A stretch of 64,000 bases of DNA from Mobula hypostoma. Its lineage: Eukaryota. The stretch is from NCBI RefSeq assembly GCF_963921235.1, contig NC_086097.1:186808001-186872000 (forward strand), given 5' to 3'. Below the pieces are notes generated by a model that did not search any database, had not been told where the DNA came from, and saw only the letters and a list, made by a program, of their open reading frames with translations. A program made the position numbers and the translations under genes. This document shows positions 24,909-38,600 of the stretch, piece by piece; the stretch's first letter is position 1; every line of letters begins with the position of its first letter.

Positions 24909-25442
24909 TCAAAGTCACTGAATATCCCTTGGAGTATTGTTAAGTCAATCATCAAGAAATGGAAAGAATATGGCACAGCTGTAAATCTGCCTAGAGCAGG
25001 CCATCCTCAAAAACTGGGTGACTGCAAGGAGGGGACTACTGAGGGAGGCCAAGAGACTTATAGAGCAATTACAAGCTTCAGTGGCTGAGATGGGAGAGAA
25101 TGGATTAAAAACAACAAATTTCATATCCTGGAGTGGCCAAGTCAGAGTCCAAACTCAACCCAATTGAGAATTTGTGGCTGGACTTGAAAAGGCCTGATTT
25201 CCCATGCAATCTGACAGAGTTTGAGCAGTTTTGTAAATAATGGGGAAAAAACTACAATGTCTAGATGAGCAAAGCTGATAGAGACCTATCCACACAGACT
25301 CAAGGCTGTAATTGCTGCCAAAGGTCCACCTTCCATCTTTTCTGCTGATCAGTGTCAAAAAAAGCCTAATTAAATCCACTGTGATTCAATGTTGTAAATC
25401 TTGAAAACTTCCAAGGGGTGAATACTTTTTATAGACACTGTA
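24909..25442 (+). mobile_element. Tc1-like DNA transposon remnant (deleted transposase and right TIR)
   Basis: KSLNIPWSIVKSIIKKWKEYGTAVNLPRAGHPQKL; LEWPSQSP..NPIENLW; ends GGGGTGAATACTTTT...CACTG followed by TA. Confidence 0.85.
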
Positions 25443-25471
25443 CATGTATATAGCTAAATGACAATAAATTT

Positions 25472-26395
25472 ACAAACACGAGGAATTCTGCAGATGCTGG
25501 AAATTCAAGCAACACACATTAAAGTTGCTGGTGAATGCAGCAGGCCAGGCAGCATCTCTAGGAAGAGGTACAGTCGGCGTTTCAGGCTGAGACCCTTCGT
25601 CAGGGCTAACTGAAGGAAGAGTTAGTAAGAGATTTGAAAGTGGGAGGGGGAGGGGGAGATCCAAAATGATAGGAGAAGACAGGAGGGGGAGGGATGGAGC
25701 CAAGAGCTTGACAGGTGATTGGCAAAAGGGATGTGAGAGGATCATGGGACAGGAGGCCCAGGGAGAAAAGGGGGGGGGAACGCAGAGGATGGGCAAGGGG
25801 TATAGTGAGAGGGACAGAGGGAGAAAAAGGAGAGAGAAAGGATGTGAGTATATAAATAAATAACGGATGGGGTACGAGCGGGAGGTGGGGCATTAGCGGA
25901 AGTTAGAGAAGTCAATGTTCATGCCGTCAGGTTGGAGGCTACCCAGACGGAATACCCAACCTGATGGCATGAATATTGACTTCTCTAACTTCCGCTAATG
26001 CCCCACCTCCCCCTCGTACCCCATCTGTTATTTATTTATATACACACATCCTTTCTTTCTCTCTCCTTTTTCTCCCTCTGTCCCTCGGACTATACCCCTT
26101 GCCCATCCTCTGGGTTCCCCCCCTCCCCCCTTTCCTTTCTCCCTGGGCCTCCTGTCCCATGATCCTCTCATATCCCTTTTGCCAATCACCTGTCCAGCTC
26201 TTGGCTCTATCCCTCCCCCTCCTGTCTTCTCCTATCATTTTGGATCTCCCCTCCCCCTCCCACTTTCAAATCTCTTACTAGCTCTTCTTTCAGTTAGTCC
26301 TGACGAAGGGTCTTGGCCCGAAACGTTGACTGTACCTCTTCCTAGAGATGCTGCCTGGCCTGCTGTATTCACCAGTAACTTTGATGTGTGTTGTG
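25472..26395. mobile_element. Fold-back Penelope-like insertion: two inverted terminal repeats of about 450 bp
   Basis: Minus arm 25472 to about 25954, plus arm about 25956-26395; perfect 13-bp TSD TGACAATAAATTT at 25459-25471 and 26396-26408. Confidence 0.92.
26295..26332 (+). ncRNA. Minimal type-I hammerhead ribozyme motif (PLE-associated)
   Basis: UAGUC-CUGACGA-A-GGGUCUUGGCCC-GAAAC-GUU-GACUG: core boxes intact, stems I and II pair, NUH triplet GUU. Confidence 0.72.
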
Positions 26396-26659
26396 TGACA
26401 ATAAATTTGATTTGTCAGGTGCCTCAGCTTCAGCCGGCTATGATCCTATCCCAAAAAATTCTGAGCCAGATATGATGTTGTTCTGCTGTCTTTACTATGA
26501 TGTCTATTTATAATGCATGTGGAACCTTCTGCCAAACTTCAGAATATTTTTTTATCCATCTGAGTGTCTCCACTAGTCCCTTAATTTCAATAGATCTTTT
26601 TTATTCCTGTTGGCCTGACCTTGCCCTTATTGATTCTATTTGATCTACTCACTTAAGTA

Positions 26660-27260
26660 ACATTTGCACCATACAAGTGGCAACAATGACAATATCCAAA
26701 AAATGGAAATCCAGCTAAGATCCCTAACATTGAAGGCATTTGCATCACTGAATTCCCAGTAAGTAACCAGATTCATAACTCTCCTCAAGCAAATATCTGG
26801 ACTACTAACGTTTGCCATTCACACGCCTCATCAGGATTCTGCTGTCACTCATCACATGGCTGGATGATTGCAACTTCAAGAACACTCAAACTCGACATCA
26901 CACAGGCTTTTAAGGCACCCCATCCAAAACCACTCACTCACTCAACCAAGAAGGCACAGTAGCAATAATATGTTCCATCTACAGAATACACTACAGCAGC
27001 TTGCCAAGACTCCTTAACTACTTCCAAACCCACAGATTCAATCAGCTAGTGTAAGGGCAGCAACAACATGTGAATACTACCACTTGATTTGGGAATACAT
27101 CACTGTTCCTTCATTGTCACTGGGTCAAAGTCCTGGATTTCTCTTCTTAGCAAGGTATACCCACATTTTATAGATTGCAGTGGTTCAAGAAAGCAATTCA
27201 CCTCAATCTTCTCAAGGGCAGTTAAGTGATTGTTCAGCATGAAAAGCTCCTATCTCTTGA
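26660..27260 (+). mobile_element. Ancient LINE 3' remnant (CR1/L2 group)
   Basis: Motifs such as CATCTACAGAATACACTACAGC, GTTCCTTCATTGTCACTGGGTCAAAGTCCTGG and GCAGTGGTTCAAGAA...CTTCTCAAGGGCA recall elasmobranch LINE 3' ends; no ORF. Confidence 0.45.
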
Positions 27261-28519
27261 CTCAATAAAAATACATTCTAATCTCCCACCTCTGAACAGT
27301 CAACACCATTCACTTAGGGCCAACACAATACTATCATTAAAATTGTTGACAAGAATGTTACTGTTGTTTGGTGAACCGAGCTCTCTGGCATCTCCTCAGA
27401 ATTCCCTTTAGGTCTCGACCCTCACAAAGAATATCAGTTTGTTGTCCTTCAGTCTGTGACTTGATTTCTTTTGGAGATCTTCCCTTAGTAGCCTCAATCC
27501 TCCTAGTCCCTCTAAACATGCACAACCAGTCTCTACTTCAATAAAATCCATAGTCAGAACTGTTGAAATTCTGATGTTTTCATTCTACAGAACTTGTTTT
27601 TTTTCATCTTGACTCTATTCTTCCTCTCCTTGTCTGGTGTCTTTCCACTTACCTGTGTCACCAGATATCCTCTTATTTTGACAGTTTCGGTTTTCTTGCT
27701 TTGACTGGTTCAATTCCACAATGAGTATTCAGTATCAGCATACCACACCATGATCGCCTGATGGTTACTGGTTCCTTATAACTATAAACTCAACGAGTTC
27801 TCCTCCACCTGAGCCCGTTTCCACATTGAACAACTCCTGTATCGCCACTATTCCCTTCAATTCAGAAGCTATTTGTAAGGGAACCTGGCTGAATGTAAGC
27901 AATGATTTCACCTGTGGTAGGGTTCAATTTCAATCCTACTGAGGAATCCTTCCACAACTGATCTTACTGTTACAATGATCACTGTCAGCACTACTTCCTG
28001 CTCTTAGAACTTGAAGTTTTCCTCACCTTTGTTGCTAGCTTCTACATTATTTTCACTTCTTTATTGTGACCATCTCTGATCAGTTCTTTCCTTGACTTCT
28101 TTTTCATCTCATGGAACAAGTTGGTGATCAAAATCCATTACAAGTCACAGCTCCCACAACTGCCTTGACCACCTCGTACCCTGTTTTTTTTTAATACCTA
28201 CATTCCATTCTCCAAATTTCTCTATCTGTTATAATGGCAGACAATTTCCACACTGGTGCTTCTGGTGACATCAGTTATTTTATTTTAACTATGGCTTCTT
28301 CCCCTCCGCTATAGTTGGCAAAGCTGTTAGTCATGTTTTATTTCCTGAACTTCTCTTCTTATCCTGCCAGCCTGCACATTCAATGGATCATCCTACATTA
28401 ATTCATTTGTGATGCCAGCCTCATTGACAATTTTATTCCCTCTCATTACATTATTCCAAACTGTTTGTTTCTGTGTGTTGCCTCATTTTCAATAGTCTTC
28501 CATCTCCATCAGCATCTAT

Positions 28520-28790
28520 ATCCCTACTAAAGGCACCTTCCCAAGCAATGCTGGCCTTTCACCTCTTCCCATCTCCTAGCTACCTAACTAACCCTTTGCT
28601 TGTACTCATCTAATGTAGTATGCAGTATTTGAAGTTTACTGTGTGGTCTTCCCTTCATCGGAGAAGCCAAATACGGAATAGCCTCTTTTCAGAATACCTG
28701 TCAATTCACAAGGATGACCCAAAGCATCCATTCACTTGTCACTTCATTTTCCATTACACTCCCATTCTCGCCACTGCTGGGAAGGCTGAC
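28520..28790 (+). mobile_element. Degenerate PLE GIY-YIG fragment
   Basis: SNVVCSI*SLLCGLPFIGEAK resembles VIY.I.CS.CGL.YIGET of the younger copies. Confidence 0.55.
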
Positions 28791-30372
28791 ATAAACTCAG
28801 GCACGCTTTCCAAGCTGCCTGACTCATCTTTGGTTATCTGAAGTCAACCATCCCAGTTTTATCAAGCTGAAATTGTAATCTAGGTTTTCACTGCACAGGA
28901 GTATTTTCAACATTTCCTCACATTTATTTCAGACTTCCAGCATCTGTTGTGTTTTGTTTTTCCAGTATTTATCAGAGTGCAGATATTCTCATTTTACTTT
29001 TTTCCTGTTTTCACTCATCACATTCAATTTACTTCTCCAGGCATCAGGATCCGGCATTCAACAAGTCTTTCCCATCTTCTCTCAATTGACAGCAGTACCA
29101 ATTGTCATTCAGACTCTTCATCTCCACCCTTCTCTCAAAGTTAAAATAAACCAAATATGTTCCTTTCCAGAGATATTCCCTGATCTGCTCCATCTTTCCA
29201 TTACATTTTTTTTTTATTATTTCCGGCTTGAATTTACAAATTATTTATAGATCAATCAATTGCAGAAGAGCAACCAGGCAAACTAGAATTGATAGATGAT
29301 AGTGAAGAAGAAGAGGCTGTTATTGTTTACAGAGTGTGATTAAATTTTTTTTAAACGTTATTCTATCATGTTATTTATCAGTAATGCTGATACTACAATT
29401 TCTGGGTTGTTGTGAACAGTCCAATTTGCTAATGGTACTTCAGAAAGGAAATCCGCTTCCCTTGCCCGAATTCCTCATTTGATTAAATGTGCATTGCAAG
29501 CTAGTTACATAAAACATTGTCAGGAAAGGAATACAACCAGTCAGACCAGCTGCCACAATTTAAGACACAATTTCAATCAAGCTCACAGCCAAGTCAGCCC
29601 TGCAGTATTCTACCCACAAATATTTAGAATCTATGCCTAAACTGGGAGAGTTGCCAAACACCCTTTGGACATTAACACATATGGACAGAAGCTACTTGGC
29701 TCCCTACTGCTATGGCAATGTTACTTTTAGAGTTCTGGCTTTGATTTTCACACTATTTTCAGTTTCATAATAAAATGTTGTGAACTTTCAATATATTTCT
29801 TCATCAGGTCAATGACTGCATACAATCAAAATGCTTCAGGATATTTGCTATTTGGAGATGGACAAGGACCCCAGGAATGTTCAAAAAGCAATCATACTAG
29901 TCTTATCAAATTGTCTTGAACAGCATAATTTTGGTTGAGAGGGCACTTATTCAAACAATCTCTCTCTATAGGCAAAGAAAAAACTAGTTGGCTCACTGAA
30001 ATGAATAGACCACGAAATGCATTGGAGGAAGATGGCCAGAAGCAATGAACAATTCTCACATGAGGTTTCTGCTATTGTGACCTTTTGAGTTTGAGTACAT
30101 TTGTAGATAGACTTTTGAGAATAGATTTGCTTGTTTGCTAAGTTTATAACTCATTGTTGCATGAAGAAATGAGTATTTCACAAAACAAAGACGTGTGCCT
30201 TTCTGCTGAGCACACTAACAATTAACTAAACCATTTCCTCCATTTTTTTAATCAAAAAGTGAACAGGGCATGCACTAGTTCCTTCGCATCAAGAATCTAT
30301 TCCTAAAAGATTACAGTAGGAGGCTTTTGATAAAGTGAACAGGTCTATATTGACCATTAATCTTAAACTTTG

Positions 30373-31408
30373 TTAACCATCATCATTTCCAGTTTCAGAA
30401 ATTAACTGCTCCTTTTCCTTCAAGCGTTTCACTAAACAACTTGTGATGCCCAGAGCTCCACCTTTAAGAAAGCGGACAAAGTTATCTCCAATTAACGGGC
30501 CCATAGCAAAAATGCCACTCTCTTTAGTACACTCAAATGTATAAGGATTAATGTCAATAGGATTTTTCTTACATGAAATGGGCTTACTTGGATCTATTCC
30601 CAAGTATTTTCCATGCTCTTTAAGAAAGGACAAATTGGGGTAAGTACCTATCAGCACCAGGGCCATTGAGATACTTAGACTAATACTCCTTCCTGAAGCA
30701 GTTTGAAGGATACATTTCATACCTGGTACAAAAGAAACAATGCATGTTTCAGGAAAGCTAGTGTAGTTAGAGTATGAATTTGTGATGTAGCATTGCTTGC
30801 ACATCTTTTGATAAACCTTGTGATACTCTGGATAAAGTTTCTTTGGAAGCTGCTTGAAGATCAAGGCTGGGTCAGTTACGCTTCTTCGAAATGTATGAAT
30901 GACAGGGATATTGTGATAGTTGGCACACAATACTGCATCTGCTGCAGTCAGCCCTGCACCAACAATTAGAACAGAATCTGATGCCTGGTTGACTTTGCAG
31001 CTTTTGATAGCCGATTCAAAGGCTGAGATGCTGTGAAATACAAAAGGCAAGTCTTCACCTTCTACCCCAAGTCTGGCAGGCAAATCATTGGTACCAATGG
31101 CTAAGACAACATTTTCAGCATAAAGACAAAAAGGCAAATTTGATCCATCTCCACTTCTCTGGTATCCTCTGACTTCCCAAGGACTGTGAAGAAATCCATT
31201 TTCAGTAGCAGGCAGCTGTTGTGTAGTGGTATCTATTTTAACACTTTTTGGTATTTTGCCCTTTATATACTTCTGATCTTGCTGCAACTTTGAGACAGAA
31301 GTGACACAAGTATTGCCAATAAAGTTTTTCTGAAGACCCATAATCTTAACATAGTCTTTATAATATGAAGCCACTTCTTCTGGAGTTGCTCTATCATTCG
31401 TCAGATTT
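30373..31408 (-). CDS. OSGIN2: OSGIN2 last coding exon
   Basis: NDRATPEEVASYYKDYVK...AENVVLAIGT.D.PARLGVEGE...VLIVGAGLTAADAVL...LPKKLYPEYHKVY...AMGPLIGDNFVRFLKGGALG; acceptor TTTTTTCCACAG; phase 2 matches the previous exon; TAA at 30375-30373. Confidence 0.93.
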
Positions 31409-31749
31409 CTGTGGAAAAAAATATTTATATTAAATGCAAATATTAACAACATTTAAAAGCCACCTGATCAGTACATGAATAGGAGAGGCTTAGAAGGCTA
31501 TGGGCCAAACATGCGCAGACAAGACCAACTCACTGGGCAACACAAATCACATGGATGAGTTGGTTGAAGAGCAGATAATCTTCAAGTAAACTGTGCCCAC
31601 TTGGGTAAGCTACATAAACACGGAGGGATTTCAGTATTTTCCTCGATTCAAATTCGAGATTTGGGAATAAATCAATTCCTGAATATTTGTAATAGGGAAT
31701 TAACAAGAAGGATGGAAGAAGAACTGATCCCTGCTACAAAATGATTGAG

Positions 31750-34700
31750 CTGAAGCTGAGGTTCGAAAGAAGGTCCAGAGGAGGTTCACAAGGATGACTC
31801 CAGGAATGTAAGGGTTATCATATGAGGCAAGTTTGATGGCTCTGAGTCTGTACTCGCTGGAATTCGGAAGGATGGGGGCGGGGGAATCTCACTGAAAACT
31901 TTCAAATGTTAAAAGGCCTAAACAGAGTGGATGTGGAAAGGATATTTCCCATGGTGACAGTAACAGGGACACCGAGGAGCAGATAGGGAGACAAATTCTG
32001 GAAAGGTGTAATAACAGGGTTGTCATGGTGGAAGATTTTAATTTCCCAAATATTGACTGGCATCTCACTACAGCAAGGGGTTTAGATGGGTGGAGTTTAT
32101 TAGGTGTGTTCAAGAAGGTTTCCTGACACAATATGTGGATAAACCTACAAGAGGAGAGGCTGTACTTGATCTGGTTTTGGGAAATGAACCTGGTCTGGTG
32201 TCAGGTCTCTCAGTGGGAGAGAATTTTGGAGATAGTGATCATGATTCTATCTCCTTTACCAAAGCATTGGAGAGGGATAGGAACAGAGAAGTGAGGAAAG
32301 GGTTAATTGGAGTAAGAAGAAATATGAAGCTATCAGGGAAGAACTTGGAAGCATAAATTGGGAACAGATGTTCTCAGGGAAATGTATGGCAGAAATATGG
32401 CAAATGTTTAGGGATATTTGCGTGGCGTTCTGCATAGGTACATTTCAATGAGACACAGAAAGGATGGTAGGGTACAGGAACCATGGTGTACAAAGGCTGT
32501 TGAAAATCTAGTCAAGAAGAAAAGCTTATGAAAGGTTCAAAAAAACCTGGTAATGATAGAGATCTAGAAGATTATAAGGCTAGCATAAAGGAGCTTAAGA
32601 ATGAAAGTAGGAGAGTTAGAAGGGGCGATGAGAAGGCCTTGGCGAGCAGGATTAAGGAAAACCCCAAGGCATTCTACAAGTATGTGAAGAGCAAAAGGAT
32701 AAGACATAAGAGAATAGGATCAATCAAGTGTGAAAGTGGAAAAGTGTGTATAGAACTGGGGGAGATAGCAAAGATACTTAATGTATACTTTGCTTCAGTA
32801 TTCACTACTGAAAAGGATCTTGCTGATTGTAGGGATGATTTACAGTGGATTGAAAAGCTTGAGCATATAGACATTAAGAAAGAGGATGTGCTGGAGCTTT
32901 TGGAAAGCATCAAGTTGGATAAGTCGCCAGAACCAGATGAGATGTACCCCAGGCTACTGTGAGAGGTGAGGGAGGAGATTGCTGAGCCTCTTGCAATTAT
33001 CTTTGCATCATCAATGGGGACAGGAGAGGTTCTGGAGGATTGGAGGATTGGAGGGTTGCAGATGTTGTTTGCTTATTCAAGAAAGGGAGTAGAGACAGCC
33101 CAGGAAATCATAGACCAGTGAGTCTTACTTCAGTGGTTGGCAAGTTGATGGAGAAGATTCTGAGAGGCAGGATTTATGAACATTTGGAGAGGCATACTAT
33201 GATTAGGAATAGTCAGCATGACTTTGTCAAGGGCAGGTCGTGCCATACGAGCCTGACTGAATATTTTGAGAATGTGACTAAACACATTGATGAAGGTAGA
33301 GCAGTGGATGTAGTGTATATGGATTTCAGCAAGGCATTTGATAAGATACCCCATGCAAGGCTTATTGAGAAAGTAACGCGGCATGGGATCCAAGGGGATC
33401 TTGCTTTGTGCATCCAGAATTGGCTTGCCCACAGAAGGCAAATTGTGTTTGAAGATGGTTCATATTCTGCATGGAGGCCGGTGACCAGTGGTGTGCCTCT
33501 GGGATCTGTTCTGCGACCCCTTCTCTTTGTGATTTTTATAAATGACCTGGATGAGGAAGTGGAGAGATGGGTTAGTAAATTTGCTGATGACACAAAGGTT
33601 GGGGGTGTTGTGGATAGTGTGGAGGGCTGTCAGAGGTTACAGCAGGACATCAATAGGATGCAAAACTGGGCTAGGAAGTGGCAGATGGAGTTTACCCTCA
33701 GATAAGTGTGAGGTGGTTCATTTCTGTAGGTCAGATATGATGGGAGAATACAGTATTAATGGGACGACTCTTGGCAGTGTGGAGGATCAGAGGGATCTTG
33801 GGGTCCAAGTTCATAGGACACTCAAAGCTGCTGCGCAGGTTGACTCTGTTGTTAAGGCGGCATATGGTGCATTGGCCTTCATCAACCATGGGAATGGGTT
33901 TAAGAGCCAAGAGGTAATGTTACAGATATATAGGACCATGGTCAGACCCCACTTGGAGTACTGTGCTCAGTTCTGGTCACCTTACTACAGGAAGGATGTG
34001 GAAACTATAGAAAGGGTGCAGAGGAGATTTACAAGGATGTTGCCTGGATTGGGGAGCCTTATGAAAATAGGTTGCATGAACTCGGCTTTTTCGCTTTGGA
34101 GTAGTGGAGGATGAGAGATGACCTGACAGAGGTGTATAAGATGATGAGAGTCATTGATTGTGTGGATAGTCAGAGGCTTTTTCCCAGGGCTGGAATGGCT
34201 AGCACGAGAGGGCACAGTTTTAGGGTGCTTGGAAGCAGGCACAGAGGAGATGTCAGGGTAAGTTTTTTATGCAGAGAGTGGTGAGTGCGTGGAATGGGCT
34301 GCCGGCAACAGTGGTGGAGGCGGATACGATAGGGTCTTTTAAGAGACTCCTGAGAAAAATGGAGGGCTATGGGTAACCCTAGGTAATTTCTTAAATTAGT
34401 TCATGTTTGGCACAGCATTCTGGGCTGAAGGGCCTGTATTGTGCTATAGGTTTTCTATGTTTCTATGTTTTCTGTGGTGGGAGAGTCTAGGACAAAAGGG
34501 CACAGCCTCAGGATAGAGGGGCATTCTTTCAAAACAAAGATGCAGAAAAAATTCTTTATCCAAAGGGTGGTGAATTTGTGGAATTTGTTGCCACATGCAG
34601 CTCTAGAGGCCAGGTTGTTGGGTGTATTTAAGGCAGAGACTGATAGGTTCTTGATTAGACATGGCATCAAAGGTTATGGGGAAAAGGCTGAGAACTGGGG

Positions 34701-34795
34701 AGGAGAAAAAAAGGTATCAGCCATGATTGAGTAGCAGAGCAGACTTGATGGGCCAGATGGCCTAATTCTGCTCTATGTCTTATGGTTTTATTATG
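31750..34795 (+). mobile_element. CR1 3' fragment (31750-31956 and 34467-34795) interrupted by a longer same-strand CR1 (about 31957-34466)
   Basis: Host reads ...IFPMV | ...VVGESRTKGH across the insert; the insert has APE/RT motifs (GDSDH, KSPEPD, YMDFSKAFDK, KFADD) and a (TTTCTATG)n tail. Confidence 0.9.
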
Positions 34796-35674
34796 GTCTA
34801 AGAACATAAAGACTTTTGGTTGTAGAAAAAAAAATCTCCGAAAATTATCCTGCACGGTGAAAACAGGGTAAGGTATTCTTTATTGCCTTTCCAGCACCAT
34901 ATTTTGTGGAACATGGTCTCTGTGCAGTCGTCCAACTTCTTTCAAATCAACAAAGCAGACAGCAAATTACTGAACATGTGAATTGGAGACTTGTTTTGTG
35001 TGACATTCAGCCTGATGTCAAGAAGCTGATATCAAGCCCATCCATCTCATTGAAAAGAGACCATCTCAAAGGTAAAAAAGCAATCAAGTAGTGAAAAGTT
35101 GGACAACTAATGTATGCTCTAAAATTGTTGATGAAAATTGTTTTTACCGTAGTTAAGAAATCATTTTATTTGTAGCTTTAAATGGCTTAGAATAATTTTT
35201 TGCAAATATTTGTCACTACTTTGAATTTTCAGTTCCTATTTTCTTTCACTGGGCAGTGCAAGTTCAAAATTCTTTATAGTTTTATGTAATTCCCAGAAAA
35301 TGAGAGGGAGCTCAGGAGTTGGTAATCCAAAATGTTCGGGGACCACCGCTGTAGGCTATGAAATTATTTCAGTGATACTTGAGAAATTAATGGAGTACAA
35401 TTCATTAGTTTCCTTGTACTCAACTCGCAAGTTCTAGATCATCACTATTATTTGTAATTTTTTACTGCAATTGCATAATTCAAAATTTAAAATCTCTTCT
35501 TCCCTAGTCCTTGAATCATAATGAGAACAGTTTCCCTTTATGTATCCTTTCTAATTCAGCAATGATATTGTGCATTTCTATCAAATCGGTTCTTTACCTG
35601 TCTTTGGTTTAAGGGAAATAAGCTGAAGCTGTAATAAAATAGCCTCCTGATATCTTGTGGTAAGGAAGAACTAC

Positions 35675-38600
35675 AATGCCCACTCAGCCCATCGAGTCTG
35701 CTCCACCATGGCTGGTTTACTCTCCCGCTCAACCCCATTCTCTTGCCTTCTCCCTGTAACCTTTGATGCCCTGACTAATCAAGAGCCTATCAACCCCTGA
35801 TCTAAATATAACTCAATAACTTAGTCTCCACAGCCTTCCGTGGCAATGAACTCCACAGATTCACCACCCTCTGGCTAAAGAAATTCCTCCTCATTTCTAT
35901 TCTAAATGGACATCCCTCTATTCTGAGGCTGCACCCTCTGGTCCTAGGGTCATCCACTATAGGAAACATCCACTCTTCAATAGGTTTCAATGAGAGCCCC
36001 CCTCTTTCTTCTAAACTTCGGTAAGAACAGGTCCCAAGCCATCAAACACTCCTCATACTTTAACCCCTTTGCTCTCAGAAACATTCTCATGAACATCCTC
36101 TTAACCCTCTCCAATACCAGCACACCTTTTCTTTTGTATTCCAACTTCACCTTAATGGCTGCTCACAAAACTCCCAGTGCATTTTGGCCAATGCATTCTA
36201 AAGCCTTAGCATCACATTCCTGCTCTCATATGAGAAGTTGGAGTCAGATGCATTGGTATTATAGTAGAGTAAAGGGAATTACAGAACATGAGAGAGCAGT
36301 TGGCCAGAATTGATTGAAAAAGAATACTGGAAAGGATGACAGCAGTGCAGCAAAGGCTGGAATTTCTGGGAGCAAATCGGAAGGCACAGGATATATAAAT
36401 CCAAAAGGGGAAGAAGTATTCTAATGGAAAGATAACACAATCACAGCTAACAAGAGAAATCAAAGCCAAAAGAAAAGGCATATAATAGAGCAAAAGTTAG
36501 TGGGAAGTTAGAGGACTTTTAAAATCTGAAAGAAGGTAACAAAAAGTCATTAAGGTGAAGATGGAATACAAAAGCTCACCAATAATATTAAAGAGGATAC
36601 CAAAAGTTTCTTCAGATACATAAAGTACAAAAGAGAGGCGATAGTGATTATTGGACCGCTGGAAACTGATGCTGGAGAGGAAGTAATGGGAGACAAGAGA
36701 ATGGCGGATGAACTGAGTAAGTATTTTGAATCAGTCTTCAGTGTGGAAGATGCTAGCAGTATGGTGGAAGTTTCAGGTTGTCTGGCATCATGAAGTGTGT
36801 GAAGTTACCATAACTAGAAAGAAGATTCATGGGAAAATGGAAAGTCTAAAAGGTAGATAAGACACTTGGACCAGATGGTGTACACCCCAGAGTTCTGAAA
36901 CAGATAGCTGAAAAGATTTTGGAGGCATTAATAATGATCTTTCGAGGATCACTAGATTCTGGAATGACTCTGGAACACTAGACAATTGCAAATGACACTA
37001 CATTCTTTAGGAAGGGAGAGAGACAGAAGAATGGAAATTATAGGCCAGTTAGTCTGACCTCAGTGGTTGGGGAGATGTTGGAGTTGATTATTAAGGATGT
37101 ATTTGGAGGCACATGATAAACTAGGCCATCATCAGCATTGTTTCCTCAAGGAGAAATCTTGTCAGACAAATCTGTTAGAATTCTTTGAAGAAATAATAAG
37201 CAAGATAGACAAAGGAGAATCGGTTAATGTTGTGTACTTGGATTTTCAGAAGATCTTTGACAAGGTGCCACACATAATGCTGCTTAACAAGCTATGAGCC
37301 CATGGGATTACATGAAATATTTTAACATGGATAAAGCAGAGGCTAATTGGCAGAGGGTAAAGTGTGGGAATGAAGGGTGCCTTTTCTGGTTGGGTGCCAG
37401 TGACTAGCAGTGTTCCATAGGGTCTATGTGGTGACTGATTCTTTTTCAAGTTACATGTCAATAATTTGGATGTTGGAATTGATAGCTTTGTTGCAAAGTT
37501 TACAGATGATATGAAGATAGGTGGAAGGGCAGGTTGTTTTGAGGAAGTAGAGAGGCAGATTAGGAAAATGGGCAAAGAAATGGTAGATGGAATACAGTGT
37601 CGGGAAGTGTATGGTCATGCACATTCATAGAAGAATTGCAAGGGTTTTCTATTTCCTAAATGGCAAGAAAATACAAGTAAAAACTAAGGCACAAAGGAAT
37701 TCGGGAGTCCTTGTGCAGGATTCCCTGAAGGTTAATTTGCATGCTGCATCTGTGGTGAGGAAGGCAAATGCAACGTTAGCATTCATTTCAAGAGGACTAG
37801 AATATAAAAAGCAAGGACATAATGTTATGACTTTATAAACAAAGGTGAGACCTCACTTGGGAGTATTGAGAGTAGTTTTGACCCCCTTGTCTTAGAAGTG
37901 ATGTGCTTAAACTGGAGAGGGTTCAAAGGAGGTTCACGAAAATGATTCCAGGATTGAATGGCTTGTCACGTGAAGAGAGTTTGATAGCTCTGGGCTATAT
38001 TCACTAGAATTCAGAAGAATGAAAGGTGACCTCATTGAAGCCTATCGAATAGTGAAAGGCCTTGACAGAGTGGATATGGACAGGATGTTTCCTATGGTGG
38101 GAGAGTCTAAGACAAGAGGACACAGCCTCAAAATAGAGGGGTGTCCTTTTAGAATGGAGATAAGGAGAAACTTATTTGGCCAGAGAGTGGTGAATCTGTG
38201 GAATTCTTTGTCACAGATGGCCAAGTCACTGGGTATATTTAAGGCAGTGGATGAGTGGTTCTTGGTTGATCAGGGTATGAAGGGATACAGAGAGAAGGTA
38301 GGAGATTTGGGTTAAGAGGAAAATTGGATCAACCAAGATGAAGTGGCAGAGCAGACTTGAAGGGCCAAATAGCCTAATTCTGCTCCTACATCTTATGGTC
38401 TTATATCTTAGTTCTCTTGAAATGAATGCTAATATTTCACTCACTTTCCTTAACACTGACACAGCCTGCAAATTAACCTTCAGTGAATGCTGCTCAAGAA
38501 CTCCCAAGTCCCTTTGCACCTCTGATTTTAGAATTTTCTCCTTATTTAGAAAATAGTCTACTCCTTTATTCCTTCTACCAAAGAGCATGACTATGGTCTT

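Noticed and set aside
22028..26475. Many Pro/Leu/Ser-rich or Gly/Arg-rich short ORFs
   Set aside because: Incidental frames of the pyrimidine/purine-biased PLE terminal repeat.
31409..31452. ORF-track N-terminus MLLIFAFNINIFFH of the 359-aa ORF
   Set aside because: Intronic read-through; a canonical acceptor at 31410-31409 joins in phase to the 39952-40043 exon.
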